Numbered from the stretch's first letter, positions 10,359 to 20,640 are shown. The stretch: 32,437 bases of DNA from Octopus bimaculoides (GCF_001194135.2 NC_068982.1:62004696-62037132); one strand, 5' to 3'. Notes: a model not told the origin generated them from the letters alone. Numbers and translations are program-made.

Positions 10359-10417
10359 TGGATCTTATCTACTCCATTCCATAACTCTTGTGTGTATATA
10401 TATATATATATATATAT

Positions 10418-10452
<35 letters not shown>

Positions 10453-10484
10453 TGCACACGCACACGCACACACACATATATATA

Positions 10485-11115
10485 GGCGTAGGAGTGACTG
10501 TGTGGTAAGTAACTTGCTTACGAACCACATAGTTCCGGGTTCAGTTCCACTGCTTGGCACCTTGAGTNNNNNNNNNNNNNNNNNNNNNNNNNNNNNNNNN
10601 NNNNNNNNNNNNNNNNNNNNNNNNNNNNNNNNNNNNNNNNNNNNNNNNNNNNNNNNNNNNNNNNNNNNNNNNNNNNNNNNNNNNNNNNNNNNNNNNNNNN
10701 NNNNNNNNNNNNNNNNNNNNNNNNNNNNNNNNNNNNNNNNNNNNNNNNNNNNNNNNNNNNNNNNNNNNNNNNNNNNNNNNNNNNNNNNNNNNNNNNNNNN
10801 NNNNNNNNNNNNNNNNNNNNNNNNNNNNNNNNNNNNNNNNNNNNNNNNNNNNNNNNNNNNNNNNNNNNTATATATATATATATGTATGTGTGTATATGTT
10901 CGTGTGTCTGTGTTTGTCCCCGCAACATCGCTTGACAACTGATGCTGGTGTGTTTACGTCCCCATAACTTAGCAGTTTGGCAAAAGAGTCCGATAGAATA
11001 GGTACTAGGCTTACAAAGAATAAGTCCTGGGGCGATTTGCTCAACTAAAAGCGGTGCTCCAGCATGGCTACAGTCAAATGACTGAAAGAAGTAAAGGAGT
11101 GAAAAAAAAAAGAGT
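10485..11115 (+). mobile_element. SINE, tail type A, interrupted by N gap 10568-10868
   Basis: Head ggcgtaggagtgactgtgtggtaag...gggttcagttcc; tail ...gcggtgctccagcatggctacagtcaaatgactgaaagaagtaaaggag. Confidence 0.9.
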
Positions 11116-11128
11116 ATAGATATATATA

Positions 11129-11965
11129 CAGGGGTTGGATGAAATAATGGAAAATAATGGAAACACCTTAAAACTTCAAACAAATTTATTTTAATATGGG
11201 ATAGGACTGCCTTTGGCAGTAATTACAGCTTGAATTCTATGAGGTATGGACTCGTACAAAGTTTGAATTGTTTCCAAAGGAATTTTTGTCCATTCTTCAG
11301 CTAAAACAATCCCCAGTTCTTGTAGTGATAATGGAGGAGGATATCTACTCCTTACTTGTTTTTCTAAAATGCACCATGAATGTTCAATAATATTGAGATC
11401 TGGGGACTGTAGTGGCTAGATAAGATGTTCAACTTCACTAGAATGTCCCTCGTGCCATTCAGTAACAACTTTAGCTGTGTGAATTGGTGCATTATCATCC
11501 TGAAAGACTGCATTTTCCTCCAGAAACAGTTCTGCAACCATAGGATGAATTTGATCAGAGAAAATGCTTAAATAGTTTTGGCTATTAATTCCACCACGAA
11601 GGGAAACCATTAGGCTGGTGGATTTCCAAGATATATCCCCCCACCAGATCATCACAGATCCTACTCCATGTTTGGAAGAAGAAGGCAGTGTGGGTCAAAT
11701 GCTTCTTTGGGCTGTTTCCACATGTATACTCGGCAAGTGGTTGGAAATAAGGTAGAGGATGACTCATCTGAGAAGATAACATTCTTCCACTGCTCTAGGG
11801 ACCAATTCTCTAAACACTTTGCAACGTTTGCTTTTGAAAGCAGTGGTTTTCTGATTGCAGCCCACCCGTGAAATCCAGCTTTGTGCAGCCAGCAAACAGT
11901 TATGTGGAAACTGGGTTCTTGAGGTTGTCATTAAGCTTTGCAGTAATTTTGGGAGATGAACTTAT
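11129..11965 (-). mobile_element. 5'-truncated Tc1-like transposon with DD36E catalytic spacing
   Basis: TA then the TIR-like CAGGGGTTGGATGAAATAATGG at 11129. Minus strand reads KNVIFSDES (D1), FQDDNAPIH (D2 at 11494-11496), SPDLNIIE (E at 11383-11385) and GSPIPY* (stop 11191-11193). D2 to E is 108 nt, or 36 codons. Confidence 0.9.
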
Positions 11966-12104
11966 GTAACCCGGAGTTTTGCTTTGAGAGGAGGTTTTTC
12001 CCTCTTTCTCAAAGGCTGTCACTTCTTTTGAGACAGAAGTACTGTCTCAAAAAAACATCGAAAAATACCTTAGGAATGAGAACCCAGGTTTGAAATTTCC
12101 CCAA

Positions 12105-12150
12105 GACACCTGATGAAGGCTGGAGGGTATATCAGCTGAAACGTTATGTT
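12105..12150 (+). ncRNA. Minimal type I hammerhead-like motif (Penelope-type terminal repeat remnant)
   Basis: GACAC CUGAUGA A GGCUG GAGGGUAUAU CAGCU GAA ACGU U AUGUU. The core is intact; stem I has one mismatch at the first pair. Confidence 0.6.
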
Positions 12151-12211
12151 AACAACGGACAAGATGAGGACAAATATCCATAAATTGTAAATAATGTAAA
12201 TAATGTGCTGC

Positions 12212-12214
<3 letters not shown>

Positions 12215-12268
<54 letters not shown>
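12215..12268. repeat. (TG)n microsatellite
   Basis: Direct reading. Confidence 0.97.
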
Positions 12269-12272
<4 letters not shown>

Positions 12273-12349
12273 TCAAGGTGAATATGGTACTTAAGTTTAG
12301 GCACCAGAATTAAGTATGGTATTATCCATATTTGTATATAAATACATTA

Positions 12350-12750
12350 GGCACAAGCATGGCTGTGCGGTAAGAAGCTTGCTTCCCAACCACATGGTTC
12401 TGGGTTCAGTCCTACTGCATGACAACTTGGGCAAGTATCTTCTACTATAGCTTTGGGCTGACCAAAGCCTTGTGAGTGGATTTGGTAGACGGAAACTGAA
12501 AGAAGCCCATCGTATGTGTGTGTGTGTCTTTGTTTCTCTGTTTGTCCCCCAACAATCACTTGACAACCGATGTTGGTGCGTTTATGTCCCCATAACTTAA
12601 TGATTTGGTGAAAGAGACCGATAGAATAAGTCCTATGCTTACAAAGAATAAGCCCTGGGATAGATTTCTTTGACTAAAAAAACCTTTCAAGGTGGTGCTC
12701 CAGCATGACTGCAGTCAAAATGATTGAAACAAGCAAAAGAATAAAAGAAT
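12350..12750 (+). mobile_element. Full-length tRNA-derived SINE, tail type A
   Basis: A-box-like TGGCTGTGCGGT (12360-12371), B-box-like GGTTCAGTCC (12403-12412), core, short (TG)n hinge, tail ending gaaacaagcaaaagaataaaag. Confidence 0.92.
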
Positions 12751-13443
12751 ATACATATATATACATATATATAAATGTATATGCCTTTATGTGTGTGCAT
12801 GAATATTTTGTCACTTCCTTGCTCTAAATATATAACATGATAATTCAATGCATGTGAATTCAACCTCTTATCGACTTGTGGTTTATACATTTTGAACATT
12901 TTATTACTTTTGTTGTTTGCTGTTGGTGCTGTTGTTGTTTAGTCTCAGTCCAGATCTGATGGAACCACCACATGATCAAAGGCATTCCAGTTACAACCAT
13001 CCATTTTTTGTCTGTACATCAGGCACTTGCATAATCAAATATATTCTCCTTCTTAAATGAATCGAGTATGATGCAATATAGGAGAAATTTGACTGCTATT
13101 TTTAACAGTTCAAGCGACCCTCATTCACTTCAAACATTGTGCTGTTGGAAATATGATGCAACATCGATCTATCTCTAAGTGTTTAGCATTAGATATTACA
13201 GCAACAACAACGTGTGGTGTGAGAGCGAGCCCAGGAATGAGCTTGGAAATCATATGAAATGCATTCATGTGTTTATAGCCTGACCACTGAAGCATGTTAC
13301 TATATTGCATTGTTACACTTCATGTCCCTGCTTTGAATAAATTGACTATTACAGTTTTTTTCCTCTCTCACTTTCTCTCACTTTCTTACTCTTTCACTTT
13401 CTTTGTCCCTTTTCTCTCTGTCAGAATGTGTGTGCATGTGTGA

Positions 13444-13474
<31 letters not shown>

Positions 13475-13734
13475 AGAGAGAGTAAGAAAAACAGAGACAG
13501 ACAGATAGACATACAGACAGACAGACAGACAGTCAGACGGACGGACGGACGGACTGAGACAGACTGAGAGACAGAGCGGGAGAGAATCAAAAGGCGAGAG
13601 CTACGTGTTTATCTTCTAAATGTTTTAGTTATATGTATCAATATATCCCTTTATATGTCTATGTGTATGTATATCTCTATACGTGTATTCATATATATCA
13701 AGCCTAATCGTGTTTATCTGCATCACTATCTCTC

Positions 13735-13864
13735 TCTTTCTCTCTCTCTCACTCTCTCTCTCTTTCTCTCTTTCACTCTTTACCTCTCTCTTTCTCTCTT
13801 CCAGTCTTTCTATCTCTCTCTTTCTCTCTTTCAATCTTTCTCGCTCTCTCTCTCTCTCTTTCAA

Positions 13865-13908
<44 letters not shown>

Positions 13909-13910
13909 AA

Positions 13911-13949
<39 letters not shown>
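13735..13949. repeat. (CT)n-rich microsatellite running into an N gap
   Basis: Direct reading. It generates the SL/ER pseudo-ORFs. Confidence 0.97.
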
Positions 13950-14083
13950 NNNNNNNNNNNNNNNNNNNNNNNNNNNNNNNNNNNNNNNNNNNNNNNNNNN
14001 NNNNNNNNNNNNNNNNNNNNNNNNNNNNNNNNNNNNNNNNNNNNNNNNNNNNNNNNNNNNNNNNNNNNNNNNNNNNNNNNNNN

Positions 14084-14259
14084 GGAGAGTTATTCTGTTT
14101 TAATACCTTATTAATTAACACACTCACCGGTTTGACTTCCATTCATTTACTAATTTATTTATTTTTTCAAAATAAGTAAATGAGTGGAAATTGAACTGGT
14201 GAGTGTGTTAATTAATAAGATATTAAAACATAATGACTCTCCCCAGACAAAATAATATA
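14084..14259. mobile_element. Second copy of the 8863-9104 palindromic element, with the centre deleted
   Basis: Arms of about 70 bp (ggagagttattctg...cactcaccgg / ctggtgagtg...gactctcc). The central gttgcgtcttgcaacc hairpin is absent. Confidence 0.85.
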
Positions 14260-14361
14260 TATATATATATATATATGCATGTATGTATGTATGTATGTAT
14301 ATGTAATGTATGTATGTATATATACATATATATGTATATGTATGTATATATATATCATCAT

Positions 14362-14426
<65 letters not shown>

Positions 14427-14430
14427 CATA
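14260..14430. repeat. (TA)n/(TATG)n microsatellite complex
   Basis: Direct reading. Confidence 0.95.
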
Positions 14431-14658
14431 TATATACATGTATCTATTTATATCTCTGTGTGTGTGTATGTACAATGTATATACATACATGTATATTCCA
14501 GGGATGGTCAAGCACTCAGATAAGAAAATGATTGTTTTTTTTTCACATTGGAGAGCTTTGAATATTCAAAAAATTTTAAGCAGATATGCCTCTGTGTGTG
14601 TGTGTGTGTGTATTTATATATCTCCATAGATATATAAATATATCTACCTATTTATAAG

Positions 14659-14699
<41 letters not shown>

Positions 14700-14897
14700 A
14701 AGAGAAAGAGTGAGAGAGAGAGAAAGTTATATAGTTTATATTTCTCAGTTTCCTTCATTTCTGCATGTCTATAGAAAAAAGACATGCTAAAAAATATTGT
14801 CTAACATGCTCTTGTCACATGAAACTAATAGTAGCACTTAAAAACATATATTCTCTTTATTAAATAATATATATACATATATATACATATATATACG

Positions 14898-14929
<32 letters not shown>

Positions 14930-14935
14930 CATACA

Positions 14936-14970
<35 letters not shown>

Positions 14971-15092
14971 ATATATGTATGTATGTATGTATATATGTAT
15001 GTATGTTCAAATATGAATGAGAAGTAGCCCGAAGGATATAAACAATACTGAGCACACATACACAAGGTTTGTGTTTTGCCAGTTATCATATA

Positions 15093-15285
15093 CTGGAACA
15101 TTGTCCTGATGAAACAAGACCCCTTCCATTAGTTTTCCTGGGCAGTTGGTCTTGATAGCCTTTCCTTACTGCCTCAGCAAGTTGACATAGCACTCTCCAC
15201 TGATGGTGTGGTTTTTTGAGGATAATAATCACACTGCCTTTTGCTTCCCCCAAAATTCAGGCCATCACCTTCCCTGCAGATAAAC
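15093..15285 (-). mobile_element. Mariner transposase internal fragment
   Basis: SAGKVMA*IL-EAKG...HTISGECYVNLLRQ...KAIKTNCPGKL...VLFHQDNVP, across frameshifts. Confidence 0.8.
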
Positions 15286-15947
15286 TCACCATTGTGTTGT
15301 GGCTGATTTAGAAATTGTGTATGCCAATGTAATGTTCATTAAGGTAATCTATGCCAGGTGATTAGCTATGTTGAGAAGAGTTCATAGCATAACAATTGCA
15401 TCATAAGCTTCAACTAGTTAAACAAATGTAGTGTACATTTTACCTGCTTCACTCCTTCAATTTGGATTTATATACACACACATATGTGCGTGTGTGTGTA
15501 TACACACACACATTCACACACACACATGCACATGCGTGCGCACATATACATAAGTAAACCAACAAATGAAAGGAAGTAGCCCTCAACACATTTGATAGGG
15601 ATTATGTGTGTTAATAACAGTTTGACTCAGATTCTCCACATTATTTAGCCCTTAAATGGCAGGAAAGGGTTGCATGAGCATGTATGCCAAATGACAAAAA
15701 ACAAAAAAAAAAAATCTTTTTCTTAGGGGTAATTTTTATATTCATTTTCATTTTAGATAAGTACAAAACTGAAAAAATTGTTTGTCTCTCACACAATAAA
15801 ATTTACAATCTCATTATTGAGGAGTTCTGTAAAATATTCACTTTCTTTTGATGAAAGTTGTATCCATGAAAATTGATGTCTGCTGTTCTCTAATGGAACA
15901 TCAATTGATGATGTCTGCTAGTTAAGGGTTAAAGTAACACGTGCTTC

Positions 15948-16704
15948 TCAGATGTTCAAAGACAGACTGCAGACTTTGAAAGAAGTTCAAAACGGCCTCT
16001 GACTGTTTTAGGCTTCTGTTAGTTAACTGCACCTCTTTAGTTGTAATGTTATCAAAGCAACATCAGTTATTTTTTTCCTGTCCATGTATTGAGGATAGAA
16101 TATTGGAATGATGATGGTACAAGATGGAGTTTAGCATATTCATTGTATTTGGTGTCAAACATGGTATGTTATGTAAAATCACTCATCATTCTCTGGAGTT
16201 TTAACACATTGGTGACTGCAGTAATTTGATGGTTTTTGATTATGTGACCAATGTGAATAGGCAGTAGTCTATATGGACAGCAGGAATTATATACATTGTT
16301 ATTGTGTGTGGGTCAGCTAGGCCTAGGGTGGTTTGTTTGGGTTATTTGTGACTAGAGGCTTGAAGAAAGAATGAACTATTATATTCCTGCCATCAGAGTT
16401 ATACCCTACTCTCTACTGGCAGTAATATGATAACTCATTCTTTCTATTGATGGATACTTCAGGCTGTTGAATTATGTGCAGTTCATCATGGTGCAGTTGG
16501 CAATTATGAACTCCAGGTGAGTAAGGGAGGGCTCTGTCATGGACTTTCCATTTGATGTTAAGGCAATCATTTTATTGGTTGTGGAGTCTCCAGATGAAGG
16601 ATGTCTCAGATGGCATTACAACCACATGATTACAGTTCACTAATAAACTTCTGGAAGCCATTTTGAACTTCCCCCAAAGTCTTCAGTCTTCTCTGAACAT
16701 CTGA
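15948..16704. other. Unclassified ~760-bp segment bounded by ~52-bp inverted repeats
   Basis: 15948-15999 versus the reverse complement of 16654-16704: 8 differences in 52 by hand. No recognisable internal ORF. Confidence 0.55.
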
Positions 16705-16769
16705 CAAAATGCATGAGTCCTACATACCCACAATATACTAAGTAATGTGGAAGAGTTGAGTCCAACAGT

Positions 16770-16801
<32 letters not shown>

Positions 16802-16909
16802 AACATGCACATGTACATCATAAGTTAGAAACTTCAAGCGATGTAAAATAATTTGTTATTAACAGTGGATACAACTATATATAAGTAAATACAGCTATAA
16901 ATAACAATT

Positions 16910-17098
16910 TTAATTTTTGGCACAAGGCTGGCAATGTCAGGGGAGGGGATAAGTTGATTACATCGATCATAATGTTAAACCAGTACTTATTTTATTGATC
17001 CTAAAAGGATGAAAGACAGTCAACCTTGGTGGCATTTGAACTTAGAATGTAAAGACAGACACAATGTGTGGAAACAATTCTGCCAGCTTGCTACCTTA
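16910..17098 (-). mobile_element. Second tRNA-derived SINE family (decayed)
   Basis: Minus strand: A-box-like ctggcagaattgtt, B-box-like gttcaaatgcc, then cctttcatccttttagg...aataagtactgg...cgatgtaatcaac. Confidence 0.7.
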
Positions 17099-17864
17099 AT
17101 ACAGCTAAAAATAATAGCATATAAATATTAGGTTAAAATCCCTTTGGACAGAAAAAGTCAAAGGCTGCCTTTGTGACTCAAATCCACATCATGTGTATAC
17201 GTGACAAATGTTCAACCAATGTACCAAAGTAAACCTTTGAATTTCTCTATCCATTTTAGATGCTTTGTTCTTACTAGTGAGAATGGTATGATGTTGGAGA
17301 TATAAGAATTTAGAAACGTTGAGAGATGTGATACAATTGATTTTTAATGTTGGAACTTGAAATAGATAAATCTATAAATAACAGCATGTTAATATTGGGT
17401 TAAAAAAATCCTTTGGATAGAAACCTGGAGAGCTCTACAGATGAGCATGTAAGATGGAGTGGATATATTCAATTATTATGAGAAAATGGGAGAAGAGTAG
17501 AGGATGGATGCTGCTGCAAAAAAGCAGGTATACAGAAGGGAGCACAGCAGCACAAACTAACAAATAAACTCATAGATATGATTTCTGCAAAAGAAAATTT
17601 CACTCCCACTTTGGTCTTTTCAGCCACAAGCAATGCTACTTCTAAATGATAAATGCCACTTTACGGATGTGACCCGTGGTCAGTCATAACTTAAGTGTTC
17701 TGAAGAGGGCCAATAATATACTACCATTACCATTTTTGGCTGCTGTATCAGAATAGTATTGTTTTATTGCAACTTTTGGAGGCAGAATTTTACAGCTAGA
17801 TGCCTTTCCTGATGTCAAGCCATTTAATGCTATTTAAGTGTCATATAAAAAGAATTAGTGTGAG

Positions 17865-18055
17865 TGCTGTTGCCACATAAAAGGCACCCAGTACACTCTA
17901 TTAAGTGGTTGGCATGAGGAAGGGCATCCAACTGTAGAAACTATGCCAAAACAGTGTATGGAAACTGGTACAGCCCCTGCCCTTGCCAGTTCCTGTCAAG
18001 CCATCCAATCCAGGACAGCAAGGAAAACATTAAATGTTGATGATAATGATGATAT
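17865..18055 (+). mobile_element. RTE-like/SINE 3' tail repeat
   Basis: gcacccagtacactc...gtggttggcatgaggaagggcatcca...ttaaatgttgatgataatgatgat. Confidence 0.75.
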
Positions 18056-18090
18056 GGCATGCAGCAACACAATATACTATATATATATAC

Positions 18091-18155
<65 letters not shown>

Positions 18156-18159
18156 AAGT

Positions 18160-18408
18160 CATTCATCATTCATGAACATCATTTTGACATCCGCTTTTTC
18201 ATGCTTGTATGGTTTACATGAATTTCATTGAGGCAGATTTCATAGGAATGGACATGCTTCCTGTTGCAAACCCCACTCTGTGTCCCAACAAGTTATTATT
18301 TCTACATGACTGGACATGTTTACATGGAACATTAGAAACAAAGGACATTGTTTGTATGATAGTAACACTCATTTACATCTAATGCTTGATATCAAAATAG
18401 GAACACCC

Positions 18409-18491
<83 letters not shown>

Positions 18492-18646
18492 TCAGTTTCT
18501 GTCTACCAAATACATTCATAAAGCTTCGGTCAGCCCAAGGCTATAAAAGAAGATATTTGCCTAAGGTGCTTTACAGTAGGACTGACCCTGAAAGTTCAAG
18601 GTTCAGAATTGAACTCCTTAACCATATAGCCAGCCATACCTGCACT
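18160..18646 (-). mobile_element. Full-length SINE, tail type B, with an expanded (CA)n hinge at 18412-18488
   Basis: Head and core at 18489-18646; tail at 18160-18410 is homologous to 1680-1915. Confidence 0.8.
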
Positions 18647-18769
18647 ATGCTGATGCATATATACATATGAGTGTGTGCATATGTGTGTGAATGTGTGTGC
18701 ACGTGTAAGTGTATGTGCATGTGTGTGTGTTTGTATCTGTATGTATATATGTGTGACATGTAAAAGAGC

Positions 18770-18960
18770 ACCTGTGCAGGTGATACAAAAAAAAAAAGAC
18801 TCAGTACATTTTGTAAAGTAGTTGATGTTAAGAATGATATAGGAACCAACCCAAAACAGATGGCTGGAATCTGGTGCAGCTCTCCAGCTTACCATCTCTG
18901 GTCAAACTGTCTAACCCATACCAGCATGGAAAACAGCTGTTAAATTATAATAATGATGAA
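18770..18960 (+). mobile_element. RTE-like/SINE 3' tail repeat (decayed)
   Basis: ctggtgcagctc...ggtcaaactgtctaacccataccagcatggaaaa...ttaaa, homologous to the reverse complement of 30523-30622. Confidence 0.7.
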
Positions 18961-19029
18961 TATAGAGGATAACAGTGTCGAACTCCCTGCTTCACCAAAA
19001 GCCAATCATATAAGATTGGCCATTTAAAA

Positions 19030-19100
19030 GGTGATAACACTGGTGGTGCCCCAGCATGGCCACAGCCTTAGGGCTGAAGCATACAAAAGAATAAAATAAT
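19030..19100 (+). mobile_element. SINE type-A-like 3' end
   Basis: ggtggtgccccagcatggccacag...ctgaagcatacaaaagaataaaa. Confidence 0.6.
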
Positions 19101-19139
19101 ACATACATACATACATACATACATACATACATACATACA

Positions 19140-19188
<49 letters not shown>

Positions 19189-19190
19189 TT
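19100..19190. repeat. (ACAT)n then (TA)n microsatellite
   Basis: Direct reading. Confidence 0.97.
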
Positions 19191-19393
19191 CATTATATGT
19201 ATTTATTTTCTCCTAGTAATAAATAACTCGGATAAAATAAATTGGTTAATAGATACCAGGGTAGCAAAAGTCACAAAATAACTGTGGTGTAACTCCTGTT
19301 TATGAGGTAGAAACTCCTTGATATTTTGGGTATTTGAGTATATATAAATTTATAAAGAATGGAGTAAACGCGTATTATAACTGCATACTTTTA

Positions 19394-19477
19394 TTCTGAC
19401 ATATGTTTCGAAGAATTACAATTTTTGCGATCCATAGGAATCGGCGATGTTAAAAATGTAAACTTCTCCTCAGGGAA
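19394..19477 (-). ncRNA. Type I hammerhead-like motif with long stem II, canonical core and GUC site
   Basis: UUCC CUGAGGA GAAG-(49 nt)-CUUC GAA ACAUAUGU C AGAA. The only defect is a C-A mismatch at the first pair of stem I. Confidence 0.65.
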
Positions 19478-20062
19478 ATGTATGGGAACCAGCTTAAATG
19501 TAAGACATTATAACCATAAGACATTTTTAACNNNNNNNNNNNNNNNNNNNNNNNNNNNNNNNNNNNNNNNNNNNNNNNNNNNNNNNNNNNNNNNNNNNNN
19601 NNNNNNNNNNNNNNNNNNNNNNNNNNNNNNNNNNNNNNNNNNNNNNNNNNNNNNNNNNNNNNNNNNNNNNNNNNNNNNNNNNNNNNNNNNNNNNNNNNNN
19701 NNNNNNNNNNNNNNNNNNNNNNNNNNNNNNNNNNNNNNNNNNNNNNNNNNNNNNNNNNNNNNNNNNNNNNNNNNNNNNNNNNNNNNNNNNNNNNNNNNNN
19801 NNNNNNNNNNNNNNNNNNNNNNNNNNNNNNNNNNNNNNNNNNNNNNNNNNNNNNNNNNNNNNNNNNNNNNNNNNNNNNNNNNNNNNNNNNNNNNNNNNNN
19901 NNNNNNNNNNNNNNNNNNNNNNNNNNNNNNNNNNNNNNNNNNNNNNNNNNNNNNNNNNNNNNNNNNNNNNNNNNNNNNNNNNNNNNNNNNNNNNNNNNNN
20001 NNNNNNNNNNNNNNNNNNNNNNNNNNNNNNNNNNNNNNNNNNNNNNNNNNNNNNNNNNNNNN

Positions 20063-20335
20063 AGACGGAAACTGAAAGAAGCCTGTCGTATATATGTATA
20101 TATATAAGTCTGTGTGTGTATGTTTGTGTGTCTGTGTTTGACTCCCCTCAACATTGCCTGACAACCGATGCTGGTGTGTTTACATCCCCGTAACTTAGCA
20201 GTTCGGCAAAAGAGACTGACAAAATAAGTACTAGGCTTACAAAGAATAAGTCCTGGGGTCGATTTGCTTGACAAAAGGCAGTGCTCCAGCATGGCCACAG
20301 TCAAATGGCTGAAACAAGTAAAAAAGTAAAGGAGC
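20063..20335 (+). mobile_element. SINE type A (head lost in N gap 19532-20062)
   Basis: agacggaaactgaaagaagcc...ctggggtcgatttgcttgac...ccagcatggccacagtcaaatggctgaaacaagtaaaa. Confidence 0.92.
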
Positions 20336-20483
20336 ATTCATAGTTTACTTTCCTTTTTCCTGCAAGACCATTAGCACATAAATGTGAAACAAGGTGGGAA
20401 AAAATAGTGGTCGAATACCAGAGGTAGAGTTAATATGTTTTGTCATTATTAATGCTGCAGAAACATCACAAAAATATCATTAA

Positions 20484-20527
20484 AAACTGCTACTCAGAGT
20501 TTCATGCTCCCATTCGTCGGACAGTTT
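20484..20527 (-). ncRNA. Compact 44-nt type I hammerhead-like motif with all three stems intact (U4-to-C deviation)
   Basis: AAACUGU CCGACGA AUG GGAG CAU GAA ACUCUGAGU A GCAGUUU. Stem I is 7 bp, stem II is 3 bp plus a tetraloop, and stem III is near-palindromic. Confidence 0.65.
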
Positions 20528-20640
20528 AAAAGGAAAATTAAAATGTACCCAATTTTAAGAAAGTAGCACTTTCATTCTTGTTTTTCATAAATATCTACTT
20601 ACTTGAGTGTCACCTCTACAAATCTTTTCAAATATATAGT

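Larger units (their letters stand above)
10003..10391. repeat. Long inverted repeat: 184-bp arms with a 21-nt spacer
   Basis: 10003-10186 versus 10208-10391: ungapped, 23 mismatches in 184 by hand (~87%). Confidence 0.97.

Noticed and set aside
12350-12420. tRNA-like heads as real tRNA genes; regularly spaced repeats as a CRISPR array
   Set aside because: The heads do not form a full cloverleaf and are fused to SINE bodies. No repeat-spacer array or cas gene is present, and the DNA is eukaryotic.
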